Shown here: positions 41,863 through 52,875 of the stretch, piece by piece
How the letters are laid out: every line of letters starts with the position of its first letter
Numbering within the stretch: the stretch's first letter is position 1
Assembly (NCBI GenBank): GCA_017854795.1
Contig: JAFMHB010000001.1
Span: forward strand, 80,606 to 144,605
DNA from: Candidatus Nanopelagicales bacterium
Lineage (GTDB): Bacteria > Actinomycetota > Actinomycetes > S36-B12
DNA length: 64,000 bases
Reading direction: 5' to 3'
Notes under the pieces: generated by a model
What the model was told of the DNA's origin: nothing
The model's input: only the letters and a program-made list of their open reading frames with translations
Database searches by the model: none
Made by a program: the position numbers and the translations under genes

Positions 41863-42732
41863 ATGGACTCGCCTCCCCGTTTGCGTATTGGGGTAGTCGG
41901 AGCAGGCCGTGTTGGCGCTGTTTTGGGTGCGGCCCTGCGATTGGCTGGCCATAACTGCATTGGTGTGAGTGCGGTATCGGATTTGTCCCGACTGCGCGCC
42001 GACGCACTCCTTCCGGGCGTACCCATCAAAGCTGCCGATCAAGTGGTAGCGGAATCCGAGTTGGTGATTCTGGCCGTGCCAGACAGTGTTCTCCCTGAAC
42101 TCATTCGCGGTTTTTCCTCCAGTGAGGTCTTCATCCCTGGGCAGTTCGTAGCCCACACCTCGGGAAATTACGGGATCTCGGTTTTTGAATCAGCCCCACA
42201 AGTTTCACCCATGGCGATTCACCCGATCATGACTTTCACCGGAACCAGCGTTGACCTTGCCCGGCTGCCGGATACACCATTTGGAGTCACCACCACAGAA
42301 ACACTTCGACCCGTGGCTGAAGCGCTGGTGGTGGAAATGGGTGGTGAGCCGGTTTGGGTCCCTGAAGAGTCACGGGCGATCTACCACACCGCGATGGTGT
42401 TGAGTTCAAACTACCTCAATGTTCTCGTCAATGAAGCTGTATCACTTTTGACGGAGTCAGGAATGGAAAGTCCGCAGCGCATACTTGCGCCACTTCTCAG
42501 TGCTTCCCTGGACAATGCGTTGAGGTTAGGAGACAAAGGTCTGACCGGGCCCGTCGCTCGTGGAGACTCCGAAGTTATTCGCAAGCACCTCGATGCACTA
42601 CACGAGCGCCCAAGTTCACAAAATGCCTATCGCGCTCTCGCCCGACTAGCAACTGATCGAGCGCTCGCTGCGGGTTTACTCTCTGTCGATCAGGCTGCAG
42701 ACCTTCTTATTGAATTGAGTGAGAACACATGA
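41863..42732 (+). CDS. Rossmann-like plus DUF2520 protein (probable alternative ketopantoate reductase)
   Basis: GAGRVG, LAVPD, HTSG, HPIMTF, YH, LTGPVARGD; coupled to panC. Confidence 0.88.
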   Translation: MDSPPRLRIGVVGAGRVGAVLGAALRLAGHNCIGVSAVSDLSRLRADALLPGVPIKAADQVVAESELVILAVPDSVLPELIRGFSSSEVFIPGQFVAHTSGNYGISVFESAPQVSPMAIHPIMTFTGTSVDLARLPDTPFGVTTTETLRPVAEALVVEMGGEPVWVPEESRAIYHTAMVLSSNYLNVLVNEAVSLLTESGMESPQRILAPLLSASLDNALRLGDKGLTGPVARGDSEVIRKHLDALHERPSSQNAYRALARLATDRALAAGLLSVDQAADLLIELSENT

Positions 42733-43583
42733 CCAAGTTGATCCACGTTAGTCGTGAACTAGAGAAAAAAATTGGAGTTGTCCGGGCTTTTATTCCAACT
42801 ATGGGTGCGTTACATCAAGGACATCTCGACCTCGTTGACGAGGCGAGGGCACTGGTTGGCGACAATGGTGAAGTTGTCGTGTCAATTTTTGTTAATCCGA
42901 CCCAGTTTGAACATTCAACCGACGTGTCGCAATATCCAAGAACACTAGAAAGTGATTTTGCACAATGCGAGGCCCGCGGCGTTGACATTGTGTTCGCGCC
43001 CACTGTTGAGGAAATGTATCCCGAAGGAATGGGAACCGAAGAACATGTGAGTGTTCAACCGGGGCCGCTGGGGTCGGTATTGGAAGGTGCCGATCGTCCT
43101 GGACATTTTTCTGGCGTACTCACAATTGTTGCAAAACTTTTAAACCTGGTTCAGCCAGAGTTCACCACTTTTGGCGAGAAGGACTACCAGCAATTAGCGT
43201 TGATTTCACAGATGGTGCAACAACTCAACTTCCCCGTTAAAGTTGTGGGAGTGCAAACGCGTCGCGAATCCGATGGCTTGGCCATGAGCTCACGCAATGC
43301 TTTTCTCAGCCCTGAGCAGAGGATTCACGCGGTTTCCATTTCCCGTGCACTTTACGCCGCACAGGGAATTGAAGGAAATATTGATGTGAAGTTGAGTGCG
43401 GCCCGGGCCGTGCTCTCGGGGGAGATCGAAACTTCTTATTTAGTCGCTATGACAAATGACCTCTCCAGTGAACTTGACGGAACGGACGATGTGCATGAGG
43501 GTCGGTTGCTTTTTGCCGGTCTTCTTGGGTCAACTCGATTAATTGACAACATGCCAATAGTGAATGTGAATTCGAGTGAATGA
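42729..43583 (+). CDS. panC: Pantoate--beta-alanine ligase
   Basis: PTMGALHQGH, FVNPTQF, RPGHF, FGEKDYQQ, AMSSRN, RLIDN. Confidence 0.97.
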   Translation: MTKLIHVSRELEKKIGVVRAFIPTMGALHQGHLDLVDEARALVGDNGEVVVSIFVNPTQFEHSTDVSQYPRTLESDFAQCEARGVDIVFAPTVEEMYPEGMGTEEHVSVQPGPLGSVLEGADRPGHFSGVLTIVAKLLNLVQPEFTTFGEKDYQQLALISQMVQQLNFPVKVVGVQTRRESDGLAMSSRNAFLSPEQRIHAVSISRALYAAQGIEGNIDVKLSAARAVLSGEIETSYLVAMTNDLSSELDGTDDVHEGRLLFAGLLGSTRLIDNMPIVNVNSSE

Positions 43584-45213
43584 AATTCACATTCCACGCT
43601 GGCTAACCGCAGATTCACCCGGTTGGCAGATTGAAGCTGACGTAATCGTGATCGGGTCCGGTGTCGCTGGTCTCTCTGCAGCAATTCACGCCCGCCGGAC
43701 CGGTCGAAGCGTGGTGATCCTGACGAAAGCTAAAATTGACGAAGGTTCTACCCGTTGGGCGCAGGGTGGAATCGCAGCAGCACTGGCAGAAGATGATTCA
43801 CCCTCAGAGCACCGGGACGACACCATCACCGCGGGTGCCGGATTGTGCAACCCACAGGCTGTTGAGGTGCTGGTCACAGAAGGTCCGCAGGCTGTCCGTG
43901 ATTTGATCACGCTGGGTGCAAACTTTGACCTAGACCCGAGCGGTGAAATTTCACTCACTCGGGAAGGGGGCCATCACCGAGATCGAATCGCGCACGCTGG
44001 AGGAGATGCAACCGGTGCTGAAATCTCTCGGGCTCTGGTCTCCGCGGTACTCAATGATCCGGGTATTGAAATAGTTGAGAATGCGCTCGCGCTGGACCTA
44101 TTAACCGATGAAAATGGTGCCGCGCAAGGTGTGACCCTGCACGTTATGGGGTCCGGACAGCGCGACGGCATTGGTGCGGCCTTAGCTCCAGCCGTGATTT
44201 TGACTACGGGCGGTTTCGGCCAAGTTTTTGGTCAAACGACTAATCCTTATGTTTCAACAGGTGATGGAATTGCTCTCGCGCTTCGAGCAGGTGCGAGTAT
44301 CGCGGACCTCGAGTTTGTGCAGTTTCATCCAACCGTTTTGTGGCTAGGTCCACTTGCCCAGGGGCAGCAGCCACTTGTCAGTGAAGCCGTGCGGGGTGAA
44401 GGTGCACGACTACTTGATCCGGCCCTCCAACCTTTCATGGAGTCCATTCATGAGTTGGGTGATTTAGCCCCCCGTGATGTCGTTGCAAAAGAAATAATGA
44501 AAGTGATGCGTGCAACAGGTTCAGCCCACGTATGGCTTGATGGTCGCATGCTGGGAGCCGATACTTGGGTACGTCGATTCCCCACAATTCTCGCGAGCGC
44601 AAGGTCACGTGGAATTGACCCGGTAACCGATCTCATCCCGGTAGGCCCCGCCCAGCACTATGTCTCTGGAGGTGTCGTGACAGATCTTTTTGGTCGCACG
44701 AGTATCCCGGGACTTTATGCTGCGGGTGAGGTTGCCTGCACCGGGGTTCATGGAGCGAATCGTCTCGCCTCTAATTCGCTGCTGGAAGGCTTGGTGTACT
44801 CCCGCCGGATCATGAACGCCATTGACTCTGATCATCTTGTGGGCCACAAGGTTGAAGCAGATACGTCCCAGGATTCATTTTTAATCCCACACCGAGTGAG
44901 ACGAGACATGCAAAGCGTTATGGATCGAAATGCGGGTGTTCTTCGTAGCGAAGCATCCCTTACCCACGCGAAAAAGTGGCTGGCCAATATCGAACGCACT
45001 GGTGCTCGTGAATGCACAGAAGATTGGGAGAGTGCGAACCTGTTCATGGTGTCTCAAGTGTTAATTGAACACGCATTGGCTCGGAAAGAGACGCGCGGTT
45101 CACATTGGCGTGAGGACTACCCCGAGCGCAGCACTGAGTTTGAGGTTCGGCTAGTTTCACACCGCTCACCGGATGGTGAGTTGATCACAACGACAACTGG
45201 AATAGGGATCTGA
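43576..45213 (+). CDS. nadB: L-aspartate oxidase
   Basis: WAQGGIA, REGGH, QFHPT, EAVRGEG, GVHGANRLASNSLLE. Confidence 0.97.
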   Translation: MNEIHIPRWLTADSPGWQIEADVIVIGSGVAGLSAAIHARRTGRSVVILTKAKIDEGSTRWAQGGIAAALAEDDSPSEHRDDTITAGAGLCNPQAVEVLVTEGPQAVRDLITLGANFDLDPSGEISLTREGGHHRDRIAHAGGDATGAEISRALVSAVLNDPGIEIVENALALDLLTDENGAAQGVTLHVMGSGQRDGIGAALAPAVILTTGGFGQVFGQTTNPYVSTGDGIALALRAGASIADLEFVQFHPTVLWLGPLAQGQQPLVSEAVRGEGARLLDPALQPFMESIHELGDLAPRDVVAKEIMKVMRATGSAHVWLDGRMLGADTWVRRFPTILASARSRGIDPVTDLIPVGPAQHYVSGGVVTDLFGRTSIPGLYAAGEVACTGVHGANRLASNSLLEGLVYSRRIMNAIDSDHLVGHKVEADTSQDSFLIPHRVRRDMQSVMDRNAGVLRSEASLTHAKKWLANIERTGARECTEDWESANLFMVSQVLIEHALARKETRGSHWREDYPERSTEFEVRLVSHRSPDGELITTTTGIGI

Positions 45214-46112
45214 TGCAGTCGCACAAAATCAAAAAGGAGCTAGCGGATCAATTAATCGCTGGTGGGCTGAACCCCCTTGACGTATCAGAGGTTGTCCTGC
45301 GCGCCCTGCATGAGGACTGCGACGATAACGGTGACGTAACCTCCATCGCCACTATCCCTAATAATCAAGTTTCCACATTGGATTTAGTTGCTCGGGAAGC
45401 GGGTACGGTTGCCGGGATTCCTGTTGCGGCAGCTGTATTCGCAATTCTGGGTGGTGCGTCAGTACAGATTCAGACTCCCGCCAGTGACGGTGACACCGTG
45501 CTCGCAGGTGACGTACTCATCTCAATCACTGGGCCAACTCGGGTGCTACTGCAGGGGGAGCGCCCCGCACTTAATCTGCTGAGTCATCTCAGTGCGATCG
45601 CAACAGCCACAAAAACATGGGCTTTAGCGCTAGGGGATTCACACACGAAAGTGCGTGACACTCGAAAGACAACTCCCGGTCTACGAACACTCGACAAATA
45701 TGCGGTGAGGTGTGGTGGTGGACTCAATCACCGCATGAACCTTTCAGACGCAGCCCTGATCAAAGACAATCATGTCGTTGCGGCCGGTGGGGTTGCCCAG
45801 GCCTATGAATTGATTAAAAAACGCTTCCCGGACCTCCCGGTTGAGGTCGAAGTTGACTCACTCGATCAACTAGAAGAAGTCCTTGAGGTCGGAGCAGATC
45901 TTGTACTTTTGGACAATTTCTCGATTGATGAATTGAACGAAGCGGTGGAAGTTAATGCCGGTCGTGCCAAGTTGGAAGCATCCGGCGGCTTCACAATCGG
46001 TCAGGCTTCGGAGATAGCGACAACAGGCGTTGATTATGTTGCGGTAGGGGCAATTACCCACTCTGCACCTATTCTCGATATTGGTGCTGACCTTCGGATG
46101 GAGTTGTCCTGA
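45213..46112 (+). CDS. nadC: Quinolinate phosphoribosyltransferase
   Basis: DTRKTTPG, NHR, IKDNH, EVEVD, LLDN, EASGG. Confidence 0.97.
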   Translation: MQSHKIKKELADQLIAGGLNPLDVSEVVLRALHEDCDDNGDVTSIATIPNNQVSTLDLVAREAGTVAGIPVAAAVFAILGGASVQIQTPASDGDTVLAGDVLISITGPTRVLLQGERPALNLLSHLSAIATATKTWALALGDSHTKVRDTRKTTPGLRTLDKYAVRCGGGLNHRMNLSDAALIKDNHVVAAGGVAQAYELIKKRFPDLPVEVEVDSLDQLEEVLEVGADLVLLDNFSIDELNEAVEVNAGRAKLEASGGFTIGQASEIATTGVDYVAVGAITHSAPILDIGADLRMELS

Positions 46113-46870
46113 TGCTACTCGCGATTGATGTTGGAAATACGAATACGGTTATTGGTCTGTATGAAAATAGAATCCTTCATAAATCATGGCGAATTAATAC
46201 CGATCCAGCGCAGACAGCCGACGAACTTGCGCTGAAGTACCGTGGCCTGTTAGAAAATGAACCGGGGGTAAGCGGTGTTGCCTTATGTAGCACCGTGCCG
46301 GCAGTTTTACATCAAATGCGACTCATGGTCGAGCGTTACTATTCGGAACTTCCGGTGGTGATTGTTGAGCCTGGAATCAAGACTGGAGTTCCGATACTCA
46401 CCGACAACCCGAAAGAGGTGGGGGCGGACCGAATTGTTAACACGCTTGCGGCACACCATCTTTTTGGTGGCCCATGCATCGTGGTGGATTTTGGAACTTC
46501 GACCAACCTCGACGTAGTGTCCGACAAAGGGGAGTTCCTCGGTGGCGCTTTAGCACCCGGCATTGAAATTTCAATTGAGGCGCTGGCTCAGCGGGCAGCG
46601 CAATTGCGACAGGTTGAACTAGTGGCGCCGCGTTCGGTGATTGGAAAAAATACCGTTGAGGCACTTCAATCGGGTGCGGTCTACGGATTTGCGGGTCAAG
46701 TGGACGGTTTAGTGGATCGGATCATCGAAGAAATTGGTGCCGTGACAGCGGTTGTTGCAACCGGTGGGCTTAGTCAGATAGTGGTTTCCGAGTCGCGCAG
46801 CATTACCCACCATGAACCGGATCTGACCCTTTTGGGTCTGGCACTACTGTTTGAAAAGAACCAGTCATAA
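46112..46870 (+). CDS. coaX: Type III pantothenate kinase
   Basis: IDVGNT, VGADR, VDFGT, ATGG. Confidence 0.97.
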   Translation: MLLAIDVGNTNTVIGLYENRILHKSWRINTDPAQTADELALKYRGLLENEPGVSGVALCSTVPAVLHQMRLMVERYYSELPVVIVEPGIKTGVPILTDNPKEVGADRIVNTLAAHHLFGGPCIVVDFGTSTNLDVVSDKGEFLGGALAPGIEISIEALAQRAAQLRQVELVAPRSVIGKNTVEALQSGAVYGFAGQVDGLVDRIIEEIGAVTAVVATGGLSQIVVSESRSITHHEPDLTLLGLALLFEKNQS

Positions 46871-46876
46871 CGGAAA

Positions 46877-47569
46877 CTATGAATCTAGGGCCTGGGAACC
46901 TGCGACCACGCCAAGCACTGTGGCAAGACCATGAATTGGTCCGGTAGTGCGTGGAAGAATTAGGGTTCGAATTCCAACGGCGCCGGCACCACCGTCATCG
47001 ATCGCATTATCCCCAACCATGAGCAAATCCTCTGGAGCAATTCCAATGGCGGCACTCACCGCAAGAAATATTTCTGGATTCGGTTTAACGTAACCTAACT
47101 CCGCCGAAGTGAATGCGTGATCAACGCAGTCCCCCATACCCACTCGAACCAAAATTTCATTCAGGTCAAGGGCAATATTTGAAATGATCGTGGTCGTTAT
47201 TCCCTGCTCGCGAAGGGCATCAAGAACAGGAATTGTGTCTTCATAAGCAAACCAAGCATGGGTGAGCGTGGAATAGAGAGCTGATGTGAGCGGTTCCTCG
47301 GTAAAGTCTCCGAGCAATCGAGTAAAGATCTCTTCATTTGCTGCCCTGCTGAGGTCTCGCTTGTGATGTGGATCCTCTATGCGAGCAAACTCAACAATCG
47401 AGTTCAACTTGGGCACGATGTCTGTGTACTCGAGCGGATCAAGTTTCGCACTCCCGCATGCGATTTCCAGCCATAATTCGCTACTTCCTTGGTCCACCAG
47501 GGTTGAATGAAAGTCAAAGAGCACACCTTTGATCGAACTAGGGCGACATAGCGGATGCGAAAGACTCAC
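46877..47569 (-). CDS. HAD-family hydrolase
   Basis: LFDFHSTL, ISN, KP, MVGD...DD; TAGACT-N7-GTG start. Confidence 0.9.
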   Translation of the reverse strand: MSLSHPLCRPSSIKGVLFDFHSTLVDQGSSELWLEIACGSAKLDPLEYTDIVPKLNSIVEFARIEDPHHKRDLSRAANEEIFTRLLGDFTEEPLTSALYSTLTHAWFAYEDTIPVLDALREQGITTTIISNIALDLNEILVRVGMGDCVDHAFTSAELGYVKPNPEIFLAVSAAIGIAPEDLLMVGDNAIDDGGAGAVGIRTLILPRTTGPIHGLATVLGVVAGSQALDS

Positions 47570-47626
47570 GCGGGTGAGTCTAGGTCCAAGTTTGCGGGCG
47601 GCATGCTTCTAATAGCCTTAGCGACT

Positions 47627-49120
47627 GTGAGTGACGAGTTAGACGTTCCCGAACAGGTCCAGATCCGGCGTCATAAGCGTCAGGTGTTGCTGGATAAAGG
47701 TTTAGAGGCGTATCCCGTATCGCTTCCCATCACAGCATCCATTGCTCAACTGAGGGAGCAGTACGGCGATTTGGAGGCGGAAGCGGTAACGGGTGTAACG
47801 GTGGGAATTGCTGGCCGGGTGATTTTCAGTCGAAATACCGGAAAATTGGCTTTTGCAACAATCTCTTCGGGTAGCGGTGAAACGATCCAAGCCATGGTAT
47901 CCCTTGGTCAGGTGGGTGAAGAGAGTTTGGCGGACTGGAAAGCACTCGTTGACCTTGGGGATCAAATTTTTGTTCAGGGAGAAGTGATTTCATCCAAGCG
48001 TGGTGAGCTTTCCGTCTATGTCGATTCCTGGAGCATGGCGTCAAAATCATTGCGCCCACTTCCCGTGGCTCATAAAGAAATGAATGAAGAGTCTCGTGTA
48101 CGCCAGCGTTATGTAGATTTAATTATGCGCCCGGAAGCGCAGGTCATGGCGCGGACAAGAGTCAAAGCAGTTTCGGCACTGCGCACATCATTATCCAATC
48201 GTGATTACCTTGAAATTGAAACTCCAATGTTGCAAACCCAACCGGGTGGTGCAACGGCTCGACCGTTTATTACCCACTCAAACGCGTTTGGAATAGACCT
48301 CTACATGCGAATTGCTCCAGAGTTGTTTCTAAAGCGTGCGGTAGTTGGTGGCCTAGATCGAGTGTTTGAGATCAATCGAAATTTCCGCAATGAAGGCGCG
48401 GACTCGACCCATTCTCCAGAGTTTGCGATGCTCGAGTTTTATCAGGCATTCGCTGACTACCAAGACATGGCAACCATTACTCGTGAATTGATTCAAGAGG
48501 CTGCGCAGGCAGTCGCTGGCTCACTCACGGTTACTCACTTTGATGGAAGCGAACATGATCTCTCCGGTGTGTGGCCTCAGATTGATCTTTATGGTTCCCT
48601 TTCACAAGCCATTGATCAGGATGTAACACCTGAAACATCACGAGCCGTGCTTGAAACTCTGTGCACGGCAGCCGAGATCAAATTTGCGCCCACTTGGGTG
48701 AATGGCAAACTTGTTGAGGAGCTTTTTGAGCATTACGTGATTCCAACATTTACCGGTCCGACATTTGTTATGCATTTTCCCGTTGATACTTCACCCTTAA
48801 CTCGTGATCACCGATCCAGGCCTGGGGTTGTTGAAAAATGGGACCTCTACATCGATGGTTTTGAGTTGGCAACGGGTTACTCGGAATTGGTGGATCCCGT
48901 AATTCAGCGTGAACGCTTGGTCCAACAGGCGTCCCTTGGGGAAAAGGGCGACAAGGAAGCCATGCCCCTCGACGAAGACTTTTTGAGAGCCCTTGAACAC
49001 GGAATGCCACCGAGTGGAGGAGTGGGAATGGGAGTGGATCGCCTTCTCATGGCACTCACGGGACAAGGTATTCGGGAAACGATCCTTTTTCCATTGGTAA
49101 AGCCGGAGCGGGATCAATGA
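47627..49120 (+). CDS. lysS: Lysine--tRNA ligase (class II)
   Basis: OB fold, ETPML, RIAPEL, FRNEG, YSEL, GMPP..G.GMGVDR. Confidence 0.97.
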   Translation: MSDELDVPEQVQIRRHKRQVLLDKGLEAYPVSLPITASIAQLREQYGDLEAEAVTGVTVGIAGRVIFSRNTGKLAFATISSGSGETIQAMVSLGQVGEESLADWKALVDLGDQIFVQGEVISSKRGELSVYVDSWSMASKSLRPLPVAHKEMNEESRVRQRYVDLIMRPEAQVMARTRVKAVSALRTSLSNRDYLEIETPMLQTQPGGATARPFITHSNAFGIDLYMRIAPELFLKRAVVGGLDRVFEINRNFRNEGADSTHSPEFAMLEFYQAFADYQDMATITRELIQEAAQAVAGSLTVTHFDGSEHDLSGVWPQIDLYGSLSQAIDQDVTPETSRAVLETLCTAAEIKFAPTWVNGKLVEELFEHYVIPTFTGPTFVMHFPVDTSPLTRDHRSRPGVVEKWDLYIDGFELATGYSELVDPVIQRERLVQQASLGEKGDKEAMPLDEDFLRALEHGMPPSGGVGMGVDRLLMALTGQGIRETILFPLVKPERDQ

Positions 49121-49614
49121 TCACAATCCGAGCGGCTCGAACAACTGATGTTCGGGAGATCAGAAATCTCATCGACTCGTATTCAACCGACGGGAGTTTG
49201 CTGTCAAAAGCCACCGTAACAATCTTTGAAGACATACAAGAATTTTTAGTCGCGACCGATGGTGAAAGAGTCATTGGATGTGGGGCCTTGCATGTGATGT
49301 GGGAGGACTTAGCTGAAGTCCGAACTCTGGCCGTTGTGCCAGACCGAGCGCATGAAGGTATTGGCTCCCAGCTGCTTGAGCATTTGTTGGAGCGGGCACG
49401 CGCACTCGGAACCAAGCGAGTGTTCTGTCTCACTTTTCGAAAGGATTTTTTTGGACATCACGGTTTCGTGGAAATCGATGACGCACCTATCGGGCACGAA
49501 GTTTATGAACAAATGTTGCAGTCGTATGACGAAGGCGTCGCAGAATTTCTTGGGCTTGAGCGAGTAAAGCCGAATACTCTCGGTAATTTCCGCATGCTAC
49601 GCGAGACGCTTTAG
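49117..49614 (+). CDS. Short amino-acid N-acetyltransferase (ArgA-like GNAT)
   Basis: GCGALHVMWEDLAEVRTLAV, VFCLTF, VKPNTLGN. Confidence 0.88.
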   Translation: MITIRAARTTDVREIRNLIDSYSTDGSLLSKATVTIFEDIQEFLVATDGERVIGCGALHVMWEDLAEVRTLAVVPDRAHEGIGSQLLEHLLERARALGTKRVFCLTFRKDFFGHHGFVEIDDAPIGHEVYEQMLQSYDEGVAEFLGLERVKPNTLGNFRMLRETL

Positions 49615-49722
49615 CCTCATAGATCGATCCTGGAGTCGGTCCTGGAAGGCCACCGAGGAGCCCATTTCAAAGGAGTCCTGAAAGGTCTTCCTCACGGATC
49701 CGGGGTGAAATCGACCATTCAC

Positions 49723-49749
49723 CCGCCTTGGGCACCATGTCTAAGGCGG
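49723..49749 (+). terminator. Hairpin between the lysS operon and clpC
   Basis: CCGCCTTGGGCA-CCA-TGTCTAAGGCGG followed by TATTTCTCT. Confidence 0.5.
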
Positions 49750-49761
49750 TATTTCTCTCGG

Positions 49762-49779
49762 ATTTCGCGTTGGGCGTAC
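49762..49779. promoter_or_regulatory. Putative ClgR operator upstream of clpC
   Basis: TTCGC-GTTGG-GCGTA matches the actinobacterial CGC-N5-GCG ClgR box. Confidence 0.55.
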
Positions 49780-49883
49780 GGGTTCCGGTGCATCTCGGGT
49801 TTCACTCACGTGATTCATAGGGGACAATAGAGAAGTCGGTTTGGGTGCCCACACCCGAAGGCACGCATGAAGGAGAGTGGCCA

Positions 49884-52376
49884 ATGTTCGAGCGGTTTAC
49901 AGACAGAGCCCGTCGCGTGGTTGTCCTTGCACAAGAGGAAGCCCGTATGCTCAACCACAATTACATTGGCACCGAACATATTTTGCTCGGCTTGATCCAT
50001 GAAGGTGAAGGCGTCGCCGCCAAAGCCCTGGAAAGCCTTGGAATTTCACTCGATGCTGTCCGCCAGCAAGTTGAGGAAATTATTGGCCAAGGACAGCAAG
50101 CACCTTCAGGACACATTCCTTTTACCCCACGGGCCAAGAAGGTGCTGGAACTTTCATTGCGCGAAGCACTTCAATTGGGCCATAACTACATTGGCACCGA
50201 GCACATTCTCCTTGGTCTCATTCGCGAAGGCGAGGGTGTAGCTGCCCAGGTGCTCGTTAAACTAGGTGCCGATTTAAACAAGGTTCGCCAGCAGGTCATT
50301 CAACTGCTGAGTGGTTACCAAGGTAAAGAACCTGCCACAGCCGGTGGGCCGGCCGAAGGAACACCTTCGACATCATTAGTTCTTGATCAATTCGGCCGCA
50401 ACCTGACCGCTGCTGCTCGCGAGAACAAACTCGATCCGGTAATTGGTCGCTCAAAAGAAATCGAGAGGGTCATGCAGGTTCTCTCGCGCCGCACCAAAAA
50501 TAATCCGGTGCTTATTGGTGAGCCAGGTGTTGGCAAGACCGCAATTGTCGAAGGCCTCGCCCAAGACATTGTGGCTGGTGAAGTCCCTGAAACACTCAAG
50601 GACAAGCAGGTGTACACCCTTGATCTGGGAGCACTCGTCGCGGGAAGTCGTTACCGTGGTGACTTCGAAGAACGACTGAAGAAAGTCCTCAAGGAGATTC
50701 GTACCCGTGGTGACATCATTTTGTTCATCGACGAAATCCACACCCTCGTCGGTGCAGGTGCCGCTGAAGGCGCAATTGATGCAGCCAGCATTCTCAAGCC
50801 GATGCTCGCACGTGGTGAACTCCAAACGATTGGTGCGACAACCCTTGACGAATACCGCAAGCACATTGAAAAAGATGCCGCACTTGAGCGTCGGTTCGCC
50901 CCGGTGCTCGTTGATGCACCCGATGTAGCCCACACGATTGAAATTTTGCGTGGACTCCGTGATCGATACGAATCCCATCACAGAGTCTCAATCACTGACG
51001 GTGCACTCGAGGCCGCTGCACGTCTCTCTGACCGTTACATCTCTGATCGTCAACTGCCCGACAAGGCGATTGACCTTATTGATGAAGCCGGGTCACGTCT
51101 GCGCATTCGTCGGATGACAACCCCACCGGACTTGCGCGAATTTGACGTCAAAATTGCCGATGTCCGCAAGGCCAAAGAGTCCTCTATTGACGAGCAGGAT
51201 TTCGAAAAAGCTGCGGCATTGCGCGATGATGAGAAGAACCTGCTGGCAGAGCGCGCCGAACGTGAGCGCGAATGGAAAGCCGGCGACCTTGACGTTGTTG
51301 CTGAGGTGGACGAGAAGTTGATCGGTGAGGTGCTCGCGCTCATGACGGGTATCCCTGTCTCCGACCTCTCTGAGGACGACATTGCCCGGTTACTCCGGAT
51401 GGAAGAGGAACTCCATCACCGCGTAATTGGTCAAGAACAAGCAATCAAGGCACTTTCGAAGTCCATTCGTCGCACTCGAGCAGGTCTCAAAGATCCCAAG
51501 CGTCCTAGTGGCTCCTTTATCTTTGCCGGACCTTCGGGCGTTGGTAAAACTGAGTTGTCCAAGACCTTGGCCGAGTTCCTTTTCGGTTCCGAAGATGCCC
51601 TGATTGCTTTGGACATGTCCGAATACAGTGAACGTCACACAGCCTCGCGGCTCTTTGGTTCACCCCCCGGATACGTCGGTTACGAAGAGGGTGGCCAGTT
51701 GACCGAGAAGGTTCGACGCAAGCCGTTCAGTGTCGTCCTCTTTGATGAGGTTGAAAAAGCCCACCCGGACATTTTCAACTCACTTCTTCAGGTCTTGGAA
51801 GAAGGACGGCTCACAGACTCACAGGGTCGGGTCGTTGACTTTAAGAACACCGTGATCATCATGACCACCAACCTTGGTAGTCGGGATGTGTCCAAGGGAC
51901 AGAACCTGGGATTTGCCCCCGACGACAACGAATTCAGTGCCTATGAGCAGATGAAAGCCAAGGTTCAACAGGAACTCAAGCAGCATTTCCGTCCTGAATT
52001 CCTGAATCGGATCGATGACGTAGTCGTATTCCACCAGTTGAGCAAGAATGAAATCGTGGAGATCGTTGACCTCATGATCGCCGGTCTGGAAAAGCGACTG
52101 CTCGATAAGGACATGGATATTGAGCTCACGACCGCTGCCAAGGATCTCTTGGCAGAGCGCGGATATGACTCAGCACTGGGTGCGCGGCCACTCCGTCGCA
52201 CGATTCAGCGTGATCTGGAAGATCCACTGAGTGAAAAAATGCTCTTTGGCGACCTGCTTCCCGGCAGCATCGTGGTGGTTGACGTCGAAGGTGAGGGCGA
52301 TTCGCGCGAATTCACATTTGTATCAACCCCGCGGGAAGTGCTGCCAGATTCACCTCCGGTTGAGGCCGCGGGATAA
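49884..52376 (+). CDS. clpC: ATP-dependent Clp protease ATPase ClpC1
   Basis: [11 protein letters not shown], two AAA modules ([16 protein letters not shown]), GARPLRR. Confidence 0.98.
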   Translation: MFERFTDRARRVVVLAQEEARMLNHNYIGTEHILLGLIHEGEGVAAKALESLGISLDAVRQQVEEIIGQGQQAPSGHIPFTPRAKKVLELSLREALQLGHNYIGTEHILLGLIREGEGVAAQVLVKLGADLNKVRQQVIQLLSGYQGKEPATAGGPAEGTPSTSLVLDQFGRNLTAAARENKLDPVIGRSKEIERVMQVLSRRTKNNPVLIGEPGVGKTAIVEGLAQDIVAGEVPETLKDKQVYTLDLGALVAGSRYRGDFEERLKKVLKEIRTRGDIILFIDEIHTLVGAGAAEGAIDAASILKPMLARGELQTIGATTLDEYRKHIEKDAALERRFAPVLVDAPDVAHTIEILRGLRDRYESHHRVSITDGALEAAARLSDRYISDRQLPDKAIDLIDEAGSRLRIRRMTTPPDLREFDVKIADVRKAKESSIDEQDFEKAAALRDDEKNLLAERAEREREWKAGDLDVVAEVDEKLIGEVLALMTGIPVSDLSEDDIARLLRMEEELHHRVIGQEQAIKALSKSIRRTRAGLKDPKRPSGSFIFAGPSGVGKTELSKTLAEFLFGSEDALIALDMSEYSERHTASRLFGSPPGYVGYEEGGQLTEKVRRKPFSVVLFDEVEKAHPDIFNSLLQVLEEGRLTDSQGRVVDFKNTVIIMTTNLGSRDVSKGQNLGFAPDDNEFSAYEQMKAKVQQELKQHFRPEFLNRIDDVVVFHQLSKNEIVEIVDLMIAGLEKRLLDKDMDIELTTAAKDLLAERGYDSALGARPLRRTIQRDLEDPLSEKMLFGDLLPGSIVVVDVEGEGDSREFTFVSTPREVLPDSPPVEAAG

Positions 52377-52413
52377 CTGAGTTACCCTCCAATATGAATT
52401 GCGGAGGCTGAGA

Positions 52414-52875
52414 ATGAGCGGCGGACCACTTAGCCCAGGCTTCAACGAGTTTGACCGGCCCAAGCGCGGCTTCCCGCGCTGGGCCGGTTTTCTCATTGCG
52501 GGAGTAATCAGTGTTGGTCTGCTATTACTTGTATGGGGATTTGCTGCAGGGAGTGGGCCATTCGCTTCGCTGGGTCAAGTCAGCGAAGAGTTACAGCCTG
52601 CAGGCTTTCGGCCAACGGTTGATACTGACGTGATCCAAGTGAGTGTCACACCTCCCCAATCCGGAATCTGCCCAGATCAAAGCCTTGATGCCACTGTCAT
52701 TGAGTCATTAAGTGACATTGGGATAGCTGTAACACTCACCGGTCCAAGGAGTAGTAGTTGTCAGGGAAGCGCTGAATCAGATTCAATCTGGATTGATGTG
52801 CTGTTGGAGAATCCCGTTGGTGATCGCGCCATAATTCGAATAAGTGATGGGCAGCAAATTCTACGAACTCGGTAA
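52414..52875 (+). CDS. Hypothetical single-TM protein
   Basis: GGAGG SD; one TM, then a beta-rich domain with two Cys. Confidence 0.65.
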   Translation: MSGGPLSPGFNEFDRPKRGFPRWAGFLIAGVISVGLLLLVWGFAAGSGPFASLGQVSEELQPAGFRPTVDTDVIQVSVTPPQSGICPDQSLDATVIESLSDIGIAVTLTGPRSSSCQGSAESDSIWIDVLLENPVGDRAIIRISDGQQILRTR

